Shown here piece by piece: positions 23,201 through 32,078 of a stretch of DNA of 64,000 bases (positions are counted from its first letter, which is position 1; the number at the start of each line of letters is the position of its first letter). A model generated the notes under the pieces. The model had not been told where the DNA came from and did no database searches. It saw only the letters and a list, made by a program, of their open reading frames with translations. The stretch lies in assembly GCA_965209015.1 (NCBI GenBank), contig OZ242367.1, positions 566,785 through 630,784 of the forward strand, written 5' to 3'. The stretch is from Rhodothermales bacterium. GTDB taxonomy: Bacteria > Bacteroidota > Rhodothermia > Rhodothermales > Bin80. The translations under genes were made by a program, and so were the position numbers.

Positions 23201-26200
23201 TGCACGAAGATCTGTTTAATGGACTCAACAACTTAAATGAACTCTACCTTAATAGCAACGATCTCACGAGTCTACACGAAGCTCTGTTTGAGGGACTCAA
23301 CAACTTAGATCTGATAACTCTTGGTTCGAACTCTCTCACGGATCTACACGAAGATCTGTTTAATGGACTCATCAACTTAGAGGATCTCTACCTTGGTAGC
23401 AACGAGCTCACGAGTCTACACGAAGAGCTATTTGATGGACTCACCAGCTTACGGGTGCTCAGCCTTGGTGACAACGATCTCACAGATCTACACGAAGAGC
23501 TATTTGATGAACTCACCAGCTTACGGGTGCTCAGCCTTGGTGAAAACGATCTCACGGATCTACACGAAGAGTTGTTTGATGGACTCACCAACTTACGAGA
23601 GATTTACCTTGGGAGAAACTCTCTCACGAGTCTACACCAAGATCTGTTTGATGGACTCGGAGACTTACAGAACCTCTGGCTTTTTAACAATGCTCTCACG
23701 GATCTACATCCAGATCTGTTTGATGGACTCACCAGCTTAGATGATCTCTACCTTTCTGACAATGCTCTCACGGATCTACACGAAGATCTGTTTGATGGAC
23801 TCGGAGACTTACAGAACCTCTGGCTTTTTAACAATGCTCTCACGGATCTACATCCAGATCTGTTTGAGGGACTCACCAGCTTAGATGATCTCCACCTTTC
23901 TTCCAATGCTCTCACGGATCTACACGAAGATCTGTTTGAGGAACTCACTAACTTATCGGATCTTAACCTTCGGAACAACGCTCTCACGGATCTACCTCAA
24001 GATCTGTTTGATGGCCTCAACAACTTAGATGAACTCGTGCTTAGAGACAACAAGCTCACGAGTCTACATCCAGACCTGTTTGATGATGTTGATGAGGCAA
24101 ATTCATTTACTGTTAGCTTGGAGCGTAATCCCCTTACCTGTGTCCCTGCCAAAATACTTGATCAGCAGAATATCACTATCAATCCTTCCAGTCTTCGCGT
24201 TACCTGCCCTGATCCCTCAATTACGTTAAGCACCAATCCTCAAACCATTGGGGAGGAAGATGAGGCCACCGAGGTCACCGTGACCGGTACATTAAATGTC
24301 TATCAGTCAACCGATACGCCGGTGACGGTCTCTGTGGGATCGGGCACCGCGACTGCAGGGACTGACTTTACTGTGGTTTCCGATTTTACAATCAGCATTC
24401 CGGCGAATAGCCTGTCTGCCACCGGGACATTCACGCTGACGCCCACTTCGGATACTGTGGACGAGCCGGATGAGACCGTGATGATCACCGGAACCAGCAC
24501 GGTGGAGAATGTAACGGTCACCGGAACCAGTCTCACGATCACCGATGATGACGACGCCCCGACGATCACGCTGACGCTGTCGGACAACCCCATCTCCGAA
24601 GATGGCGGGAGTACCACCGTAACCGCGACGCTCAGTCATGCCTCCACCGAGGAGACGACGATCACGATTTCCACCGTACCGGATTTGCCCGCGACCGCGG
24701 ACGATTACACGCTGAGTACCAATGCGACGCTCACGATTGCGGCAAACCAGACGACCAGTACGGGGGTGGTCACCATCACCGCCGTAGACAATGCCGTCGA
24801 TGAGCCCAACAAGACGGTGCAGGTGCAAGGCACAGCGACGAACGCGCAGGGGATCACCGATCCCGCGGAGGTCACACTCACGATCACCGATGACGAGGGG
24901 GCCCCGACGATCACGCTGACGCTGTCGGACAACCCCATCTCCGAAGATGGCGGGAGTACCACCGTAACCGCGACGCTCAGTCATGCCTCCACCGAGGAGA
25001 CGACGATCACGATTTCCACCGTACCGGATTTGCCCGCGACCGCGGACGATTACACGCTGAGTACCAATGCGACGCTCACGATTGCGGCAAACCAGACGAC
25101 CAGTACGGGGGTGGTCACCATCACCGCCGTAGACAATGCCGTCGATGAGCCCAACAAGACGGTGCAGGTGCAAGGCACAGCGACGAACGCGCAGGGGATC
25201 ACCGATCCCGCGGAGGTCACACTCACGATCACCGATGACGAGGGGGCCCCGACGATCACGCTGACGCTGTCGGACAACCCCATCTCCGAAGATGGCGGGA
25301 GTACCACCGTAACCGCGACGCTCAGTCATGCCTCCACCGAGGAGACGACGATCACGATTTCCACCGTACCGGATTTGCCCGCGACCGCGGACGATTACAC
25401 GCTGAGTACCAATGCGACGCTCACGATTGCGGCAAACCAGACGACCAGTACGGGGGTGGTCACCATCACCGCCGTAGACAATGCCGTCGATGAGCCCAAC
25501 AAGACGGTGCAGGTGCAAGGCACAGCGACGAACGCGCAGGGGATCACCGATCCCGCGGAGGTCACACTCACGATCACCGATGACGAGGGGGCCCCGACGA
25601 TCACGCTGACGCTGTCGGACAACCCCATCTCCGAAAGATGGCGGGAGTACCACCGTAACCGCGACGCTCAGTCATGCCTCCACCGAGGAGACGACGATCA
25701 CGATTTCCACCGTACCGGATTTGCCCGCGACCGCGGACGATTACACGCTGAGTACCAATGCGACGCTCACGATTGCGGCAAACCAGACGACCAGTACGGG
25801 GGTGGTCACCATCACCGCCGTAGACAATGCCGTCGATGAGCCCAACAAGACGGTGCAGGTGCAAGGCACAGCGACGAACGCGCAGGGGATCACCGATCCC
25901 GCGGAGGTCACACTCACGATCACCGATGACGAGGGGGCCCCGACGATCACGCTGACGCTGTCGGACAACCCCATCTCCGAAGATGGCGGGAGTACCACCG
26001 TAACCGCGACGCTCAGTCATGCCTCCACCGAGGAGACGACGATCACGATTTCCACCGTACCGGATTTGCCCGCGACCGCGGACGATTACACGCTGAGTAC
26101 CAATGCGACGCTCACGATTGCGGCAAACCAGACGACCAGTACGGGGGTGGTCACCATCACCGCCGTAGACAATGCCGTCGATGAGCCCAACAAGACGGTG

Positions 26201-29200
26201 CAGGTGCAAGGCACAGCGACGAACGCGCAGGGGATCACCGATCCCGCGGAGGTCACACTCACGATCACCGATGACGAGGGGGCCCCGACGATCACGCTGA
26301 CGCTGTCGGACAACCCCATCTCCGAAAGATGGCGGGAGTACCACCGTAACCGCGACGCTCAGTCATGCCTCCACCGAGGAGACGACGATCACGATTTCCA
26401 CCGTACCGGATTTGCCCGCGACCGCGGACGATTACACGCTGAGTACCAATGCGACGCTCACGATTGCGGCAAACCAGACGACCAGTACGGGGGTGGTCAC
26501 CATCACCGCCGTAGACAATGCCGTCGATGAGCCCAACAAGACGGTGCAGGTGCAAGGCACAGCGACGAACGCGCAGGGGATCACCGATCCAGAGGGTGTC
26601 GAACTCACGATCACGGATGACGACGACGCCCCGACGATCACGCTGACGCTGTCGGACAACCCCATCTCCGAAGATGGCGGGAGTACCACCGTAACCGCGA
26701 CGCTCAGTCATGCCTCCACCGAGGAGACGACGATCACGATTTCCACCGTACCGGATTTGCCCGCGACCGCGGACGATTACACGCTGAGTACCAATGCGAC
26801 GCTCACGATTGCGGCAAACCAGACGACCAGTACGGGGGTGGTCACCATCACCGCCGTAGACAATGCCGTCGATGAGCCCAACAAGACGGTGCAGGTGCAA
26901 GGCACAGCGACGAACGCGCAGGGGATCACCGATCCCGCGGAGGTCACACTCACGATCACCGATGACGAGGGGGCCCCGACGATCACGCTGACGCTGTCGG
27001 ACAACCCCATCTCCGAAGATGGCGGGAGTACCACCGTAACCGCGACGCTCAGTCATGCCTCCACCGAGGAGACGACGATCACGATTTCCACCGTACCGGA
27101 TTTGCCCGCGACCGCGGACGATTACACGCTGAGTACCAATGCGACGCTCACGATTGCGGCAAACCAGACGACCAGTACGGGGGTGGTCACCATCACCGCC
27201 GTAGACAATGCCGTCGATGAGCCCAACAAGACGGTGCAGGTGCAAGGCACAGCGACGAACGCGCAGGGGATCACCGATCCCGCGGAGGTCACACTCACGA
27301 TCACCGATGACGAGATGATGAGACGGCACCAACCGTGACGCTGATTCTTTCACACACCTCCATTGCCGAAAATTCCGGTACGACGACGGTGACCGCGAGA
27401 CTGAACCGGGCTTCCAGTGAGGCGACCACGGTCACGGTGACCACCCTCCCCGATGCGCCGGCGGTAACTTCGGATTATACGATGAGTCCGAACCCAACGA
27501 TCACCATTGCTGCGGGGGCAATCGAGAGCACGGAACTGGTGACGATCACGGCAGTGGATAACGAAATAGATGCGCCGGACAAGACGGTACAGGTACAAGG
27601 TGCAGCAACGAATACGCAGGGGGTTACCAGTCCAGCGAACGTGGAACTTACGATCACAGATGATGAGGAGGCGCCGGCAGTGACGCTGATGCTCACGCCT
27701 GCGTCCATCACAGAAAATGCAGGGATTGCAATCGTGACCGCAACGCTGGATCGTCCCTCCAGTGCGGTGACGACGATCCTGATCTCGGCTCTTCCTGACG
27801 CACCGGCAGCGGCGACGGATTTTGCACTGAGTGGGAACCTGCAACTGACCATTGCAGCAGGCGAGACCGCCAGTACGGGGCTGGTCACCATTACGGCGGT
27901 GGACAATGCAGTGGATGGTCCAGACAAGACGGTGCAGGTGCAAGGCACCGCGACGAATCTTCAAGGCGTGACCGGGCCAGAGGCAATGGAACAACTCACG
28001 ATCACCGATGATGACCAAGCTCCTGTAGTGACGCTCTCCCTCTCGCCCCCTTCCATTCCTGAAGATAACGAATTTACGACGGTGACCGCAACCATGGATC
28101 CTCCCTCCGGTGCAGTGACCACGGTCGTGGTGTCGGTCCTTCCGGATGCACCGGCCACCGCGTCGGATTATCAACTGAGCGAGAACTCAACGCTCACCAT
28201 TGCAGCGGGGGAGACCGAGAGTACGGGGCTCGTGACCATTACAGCGGTCAATAATGAGGTGGATGCACCAGACAAGACGTTGCAGGTGCAGGGCATGGCG
28301 ACGAATACGCAGGGTGTGACCGATCCAGCGGATGTGATCCTTACGATCACGGATGACGAAGCGCCTCCCACCGTCATGCTGCTGCTGGATCCCTCTACGG
28401 TCAAGGAGAATGGAGGCGAGACGATGGTCACGGCATCCATGAATCGGGCCTCGGGGACGGTGACCACCATTGAAGTGACGGTGATTCCCGACGCGGCGGC
28501 GACGGAGTCGGATTATCAAATCAGCGAGAACTCAACGCTCACCATTGCAGCAGGGGAGACCGAGAGTACCGGGCTCGTGACCATTACAGCGGTGGATAAC
28601 GAGATGGATGCACCAGACAAGACGGTGCAGGTGCAGGGGATCGTCACCAGTGCACAGGGAATCACAGACCCTGCGGAGGTAGAACTTACGATCACCGATG
28701 ATGAGGCGGCACCGGCGGTGACCCTGCTGCTGGATCCCGCCACGATCGAGGAAAGTGGAGAGAGCACGACCGTCACGGCAACTCTGGATCGGGCATCTGA
28801 TGAGGAAACCACCATTGCGGTGTCGGTGCTTCCTGACGCACCTGCCACCGCATCGGATTATATGTTGAGCGATCCCCTGACGCTCACGATTGCAGCGGGC
28901 GAACTCACCAGTACCGGGCTGGTCACGATCACGGCGGTAGACAACGAAGTGGATACACCGGATAAGACGGTGCAAGTGCAGGGGGTCGCCACCAATGCGC
29001 TTGGCACTAAAAGTCCAGTGGGGGTTGAACTCACGATCACTGATGATGACGAAGCACCGGCCGTCACGCTGGTACTGGATCGCTCCACGATTGGAGAGAA
29101 TGGAAGGAGCACCACGGTCACGGCTACCCTGAACCGGCCTTCCAGTGCCATGACGACGGTCATCGTGACAGTGCTTCCCAATGCACCCGCCATGGAGTCG

Positions 29201-31441
29201 GATTATAGGCTGAGCGACAATCAAACACTGATGATTGTAGCAGGCGAACTCACCAGTACGGGGGAGGTGACGATCACGGCGGTGGATAACGAAGTGGATG
29301 CGCCGAACAAGACCGTGCAGGTGCAAGGAAGGTCTACGAATGTGCAGGGCGTGACGGATCCAGAGGAGGTGACCCTCACGATCACCGATGACGATGAATC
29401 GCTTCCGTTGGCCCAAGATGCCCTGGTCACCACGAAGGAAGACATGCCGTACTGGTTTACCCCATCCGACATTGGGTATCGTGATCCCGAGGGGGATCCA
29501 CTGGCGTCCATTCGGATTGAGCGGCTTCCGGATGCGGGAACACTGACTTTGGGGGGAATCGGGTTCCCCGCCGGGACACAGATCTCCGTAGTCCAAATCT
29601 CGGCGAGAGAGCTGGTCTTTACGCCGGTCGCCAATGCGTATGGTTCGGCATACACGAGTTTTGACTTCAAGGTTAGCGATGGGACATCGGAGAGTCCATC
29701 GGCTGCCCGGATGACGATTGATGTGACCCCAGTCAACGATGTGGCAACGGGGCAACTCCAGATCATTGGGTCTATGCAATTAGGAGAGGTGCTTCGGGTT
29801 TCGGTGGAGGAGATTCAGGATCTGGATGGACTGCGCCGTGCGCAGGCGGGGGAGCCGGGATACGGGTATCGCTATCAATGGCTCCGCATGGCGGAGGGGA
29901 GTCCACAGGAACGGATTGGAGAGGGAGACACCTATGTCCCCGTAGAGGCGGATGCAGGGGCAAGTCTACTGGTTCGGGTTACATTTGTGGATGACGCAGG
30001 GTTTGAGGAGAGCTTAGAAAGTCCTCCCCGACAGGTTCGCTCCACGAATCGAATCCGTACGGCATGGATGGGACGTCTGGGACGGACGGTGGCGGATCAG
30101 GTCTTACGGGCAACGAAGTGTGAAGGGCGGGTGCAGCGGTCCCGGCGTAATGAAGTCTATCTGGCGGGGCAGCCATTGGCCTTGGCTTCGTTGCCGAATT
30201 ATGTGCGTGTGCAAAAGGTCAAGCCGGACCAACATGCTGTACTCCTTGGAATGACCGATCCGGTATACCGGCTGGGCCATACACTGACGCGGGAGCGTCT
30301 ACTGCATGGCAGTTCGTTCCGGCATGGGATGCAGGACGGGAGCGGGGTCGCGCTCTGGGGACATGGGGTAGTGTCTCGCGTTCAGGGTGCGGACGGGGCC
30401 TTGAACCTGGAGGGACGAGTATCCAGTGGGATGTTCGGGGCAGACTGGATCAGAGACAAAGGGGGACTGGGCGTACTGGTGGCTCATACACGCTCCGAGG
30501 GCGAGTATGCCATGGCAAGTGATGAAGGTACACATTCCGCCTATCTGACGGGAGTATACCCCAATGGATGTTATGCGCTCAGTTCGGGGATCACGGCATG
30601 GGGCGTGGTCGGATATGGTCGTGGATCCATGACCGTGGAACAGGTATCCACGCCGATGGATCTGCGGATGATCGGAGGGGGAATCTATGGGCGGATCCGA
30701 ACGGTGAGAAAGCGAGGACTGGAGCTGGGGATTCGTTCGGATGCCTTGCTGGTACAAATGGGAGCGAGTGAGACGGAGGAGTTATCGGAAGATGAGGCGC
30801 AGGTATCTCGGTTGCGGCTGGGATTGCAGGGGACCCTGCGAGGGATCCGTTTAGGAACAGAATCTACGATAGTGCCGTCGGCAGAACTAGCCCTCCGCCA
30901 TGATGGTGGCGATGCAGAGACAGGATTCGGGGTAGATATGCAGGTCGGGTTCCGTCTCTCGGAGCTAGAGAGTGGTCTGGACATAGAAGTGCATGCGCAT
31001 GCAGTGCTGACGCACCAAGACCGCGGACTCCAGGATCAGGGGCTCGCAGGGGCGGTGACCTGGGATCCACGGCCCCAATCCATTGAGGGGCTCCAGGTTC
31101 GAGTGGAGCACACCCTCGGGGCAGAGGCCCTGGGTGGGGCAGAGCGGCTACTCCGCGCCGAAACCATTCAGCCACAGTATAGGACCCACCAAACCGGAGG
31201 CCTGCGGGTGCAGGCAGGCTATGGGTTTGCTCTATTCTCCAGAGCATTCACCTTGCAACCCGAGGTCAGCTTCAGCGGCGGCGGACCGCAGCGAAGATAT
31301 GAGATGGGATGGAACATCGCACGGGCACACGAGCATCCGACCAAGGTGCAGCTTTTTGTCGGGACAACCGGGCAAGCACGACGAGACAGTCCACTGCAAC
31401 TCCAGCATCTAGTCCGACTGCAACTCAAAAGACAGTTCTAA
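18855..31441 (+). CDS. Giant (~4200 aa) LRR/Ig-repeat autotransporter adhesin, interrupted by several frameshifts in this sequence
   Basis: Continuous homology through ORFs 18855..20243, 20284..21402, 21658..25839, 25721..26530, 26412..27338 and 27335..31441; breaks are small indels relative to sister repeats (~20230-20270, ~21385-21590, 25636, 26327, ~27315). Confidence 0.7.
20284..21402 (+). CDS. LRR gene 4 fragment (second LRR block)
   Basis: ICSRTEAVRDAIL cap and 24-aa LRR modules. Confidence 0.65.
   Translation: MGKMVTLTLSNPVIASDRGTVKVSYTAPAESGAKLRDAEGNNVLDFMDLKVLNLRGGICSRTEAVRDAILGQITRTEFCNEVTSDDLRNIDVLDLKRRGITELKSDDFSGLTNLGRIVLLDNELTSLHPDLFDGLTSLVTLRLENNSLTDLPRDLFDGLTSLRTLRLDGNALTGLHQDLFDGLESLSDLWLDNNALTDLHQDLFDGLTSLRYLLLNKNSLTDLHEDLFDGLTNLENLVLQNNALTSLHENLFEELNSLRLLYISDNELTGLHENLFDGLTNLSDLRLDNNSLTSLHEELFDGLTNLETLYLRNNALTSLHENLFEELTSLRWLFISDNELTGLHEELFDGLTNLYRISLSRNSLTDLHRRSI
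21658..25839 (+). CDS. LRR gene 4 fragment (Ig-like domains, SwmB-like domain, 17 LRRs, start of the 115-aa repeat stalk)
   Basis: LRR block flanked by Thr-rich Ig-like domains. Confidence 0.7.
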   Translation: MDGNPLTCVPAKILDQENVIIIPSSLRVTCPNPSVTLSVNPSTIGEEDEATEITVTGTLNVYQSTDTPVTVSVGSGTATAGTDFTVVSDFTISIPANSLSATGTFTLTPTSDTVDEPHEAVMITGTSTVENVTVTGTSLTIMDNDDAPIVTLNLSSSSIGENGGSTTVTATLNHPSSEETTITISVDPTLPATESDYTLSGTTLTIAAGAIESTEIVTITAEVNDVVAPDKIVTVRGSASNNQGIRGPTDVELTITEATPTPPTVTSATVDGTTLEVNFNEGLASVSGLTNSAFTVKKIPSGGSEEAQVLSGTPTVSGKKVTLTLSNPVIESDMGTVKVSYTAPAESDAKLRDAEGHAVVNFTDLKVLNLRGGICSRTDAVREAILAQITRTNLCNEVTGDDLSEITTLDLGGEDITELKSGDFDGLTSLDWLILDNNALTDLPRDLFDGLISLRRLELQNNSLTSLHQDLFEGPINLGSLALSGNSLTDLHQNLFEGLSNLSTLGLAQNSLTSLHEDLFNGLNNLNELYLNSNDLTSLHEALFEGLNNLDLITLGSNSLTDLHEDLFNGLINLEDLYLGSNELTSLHEELFDGLTSLRVLSLGDNDLTDLHEELFDELTSLRVLSLGENDLTDLHEELFDGLTNLREIYLGRNSLTSLHQDLFDGLGDLQNLWLFNNALTDLHPDLFDGLTSLDDLYLSDNALTDLHEDLFDGLGDLQNLWLFNNALTDLHPDLFEGLTSLDDLHLSSNALTDLHEDLFEELTNLSDLNLRNNALTDLPQDLFDGLNNLDELVLRDNKLTSLHPDLFDDVDEANSFTVSLERNPLTCVPAKILDQQNITINPSSLRVTCPDPSITLSTNPQTIGEEDEATEVTVTGTLNVYQSTDTPVTVSVGSGTATAGTDFTVVSDFTISIPANSLSATGTFTLTPTSDTVDEPDETVMITGTSTVENVTVTGTSLTITDDDDAPTITLTLSDNPISEDGGSTTVTATLSHASTEETTITISTVPDLPATADDYTLSTNATLTIAANQTTSTGVVTITAVDNAVDEPNKTVQVQGTATNAQGITDPAEVTLTITDDEGAPTITLTLSDNPISEDGGSTTVTATLSHASTEETTITISTVPDLPATADDYTLSTNATLTIAANQTTSTGVVTITAVDNAVDEPNKTVQVQGTATNAQGITDPAEVTLTITDDEGAPTITLTLSDNPISEDGGSTTVTATLSHASTEETTITISTVPDLPATADDYTLSTNATLTIAANQTTSTGVVTITAVDNAVDEPNKTVQVQGTATNAQGITDPAEVTLTITDDEGAPTITLTLSDNPISERWREYHRNRDAQSCLHRGDDDHDFHRTGFARDRGRLHAEYQCDAHDCGKPDDQYGGGHHHRRRQCRR
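24541..27310 (+). repeat. Eight near-identical 345-bp tandem repeats (115-aa Ig/Calx-beta-like domains)
   Basis: GTCGGACAACCCCATCTCCGAAGATGGC recurs at ~345-bp spacing eight times. Confidence 0.92.
27335..31441 (+). CDS. C-terminal part of gene 4: diverged Ig-like repeats, cadherin-like domain, autotransporter beta-barrel
   Basis: AWMGRLGRTVADQV linker, amphipathic beta-strands (GMFGADW, ELALRHDGGDAETGFG), terminal LQLKRQF with C-terminal Phe. Confidence 0.8.
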   Translation: MTLILSHTSIAENSGTTTVTARLNRASSEATTVTVTTLPDAPAVTSDYTMSPNPTITIAAGAIESTELVTITAVDNEIDAPDKTVQVQGAATNTQGVTSPANVELTITDDEEAPAVTLMLTPASITENAGIAIVTATLDRPSSAVTTILISALPDAPAAATDFALSGNLQLTIAAGETASTGLVTITAVDNAVDGPDKTVQVQGTATNLQGVTGPEAMEQLTITDDDQAPVVTLSLSPPSIPEDNEFTTVTATMDPPSGAVTTVVVSVLPDAPATASDYQLSENSTLTIAAGETESTGLVTITAVNNEVDAPDKTLQVQGMATNTQGVTDPADVILTITDDEAPPTVMLLLDPSTVKENGGETMVTASMNRASGTVTTIEVTVIPDAAATESDYQISENSTLTIAAGETESTGLVTITAVDNEMDAPDKTVQVQGIVTSAQGITDPAEVELTITDDEAAPAVTLLLDPATIEESGESTTVTATLDRASDEETTIAVSVLPDAPATASDYMLSDPLTLTIAAGELTSTGLVTITAVDNEVDTPDKTVQVQGVATNALGTKSPVGVELTITDDDEAPAVTLVLDRSTIGENGRSTTVTATLNRPSSAMTTVIVTVLPNAPAMESDYRLSDNQTLMIVAGELTSTGEVTITAVDNEVDAPNKTVQVQGRSTNVQGVTDPEEVTLTITDDDESLPLAQDALVTTKEDMPYWFTPSDIGYRDPEGDPLASIRIERLPDAGTLTLGGIGFPAGTQISVVQISARELVFTPVANAYGSAYTSFDFKVSDGTSESPSAARMTIDVTPVNDVATGQLQIIGSMQLGEVLRVSVEEIQDLDGLRRAQAGEPGYGYRYQWLRMAEGSPQERIGEGDTYVPVEADAGASLLVRVTFVDDAGFEESLESPPRQVRSTNRIRTAWMGRLGRTVADQVLRATKCEGRVQRSRRNEVYLAGQPLALASLPNYVRVQKVKPDQHAVLLGMTDPVYRLGHTLTRERLLHGSSFRHGMQDGSGVALWGHGVVSRVQGADGALNLEGRVSSGMFGADWIRDKGGLGVLVAHTRSEGEYAMASDEGTHSAYLTGVYPNGCYALSSGITAWGVVGYGRGSMTVEQVSTPMDLRMIGGGIYGRIRTVRKRGLELGIRSDALLVQMGASETEELSEDEAQVSRLRLGLQGTLRGIRLGTESTIVPSAELALRHDGGDAETGFGVDMQVGFRLSELESGLDIEVHAHAVLTHQDRGLQDQGLAGAVTWDPRPQSIEGLQVRVEHTLGAEALGGAERLLRAETIQPQYRTHQTGGLRVQAGYGFALFSRAFTLQPEVSFSGGGPQRRYEMGWNIARAHEHPTKVQLFVGTTGQARRDSPLQLQHLVRLQLKRQF

Positions 31442-32078
31442 TGGGCTCCCCAGGAGACCAGCTGCAGAAGAGGTACCAAATCGATCCGAAAATCAATCGT
31501 TATGGAAACATAGGGAAAGGAAAATATCTACCCCGTGAAGTGTTTGTGTATTGAGGTAAATTTGTCTCCGAATGAGATCAAGTTTGCTTGCCTGCGTTTT
31601 CCATTGGCTTTATCGTTCAACCTAGAATATTAATCTCAATTTATGGAAATATTTTCTGATCTGGGCTGTAGAGTGTAAGTGTAAATTATTCGGTAAGTTA
31701 CGGTCATCTGATCTGCCTATTCCGGCGTTTGGGTGTCCCAATTAAATCGGAATCGTACCTACCGACATCCAGACTACCGTCTAAGTAGCCCTTGCAGTAA
31801 GCCTCAGATTGAGGAGTTGGGATCATCTGATTGCTTTCAGTCTTTGACACTGGCAAGTTGAATCTGCGTAGGATAGAGATTTTCCAGACTTGAAAATGAT
31901 ACATTGTTCAACCACTAATTTTGTATCCGAACTAAAAGGTTCTACCATAATTTGTTCGGAATAAGGTTGCGTTTACTTGAATCAACATACATAAGGTTAT
32001 GGCAATTAGTGCCAAGAGAATAGGGTATAGGACTATCAATATTGCATGGAGATTCACCAACATCCTGATGGTCCCTAG

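Noticed and set aside
9050-24100. 72-bp constant/variable periodicity resembling a CRISPR array
   Set aside because: The period is exactly 24 codons within open frames, the variable parts keep Leu codons at fixed positions, and no cas genes are present; these are coding LRRs
8532-24100. Diversity-generating retroelement as the source of LRR variation
   Set aside because: No reverse transcriptase or template repeat in the window, and differences between sister modules include G/T and C/T changes, so they are not adenine-restricted
20225-27330. Frameshifts in the giant LRR gene as regulatory switches or separate genes
   Set aside because: They are clustered 1-2 nt insertions relative to sister repeats, typical of low-coverage long-read consensus. 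The identical +A at 25636 and 26327 could be real but needs read-level confirmation
9059-31412. Many antisense and alternate-frame ORFs over the LRR/Ig genes (e.g. 24307..25653, 28532..29779)
   Set aside because: Shadow ORFs produced by repetitive, biased codon usage of the real + strand genes
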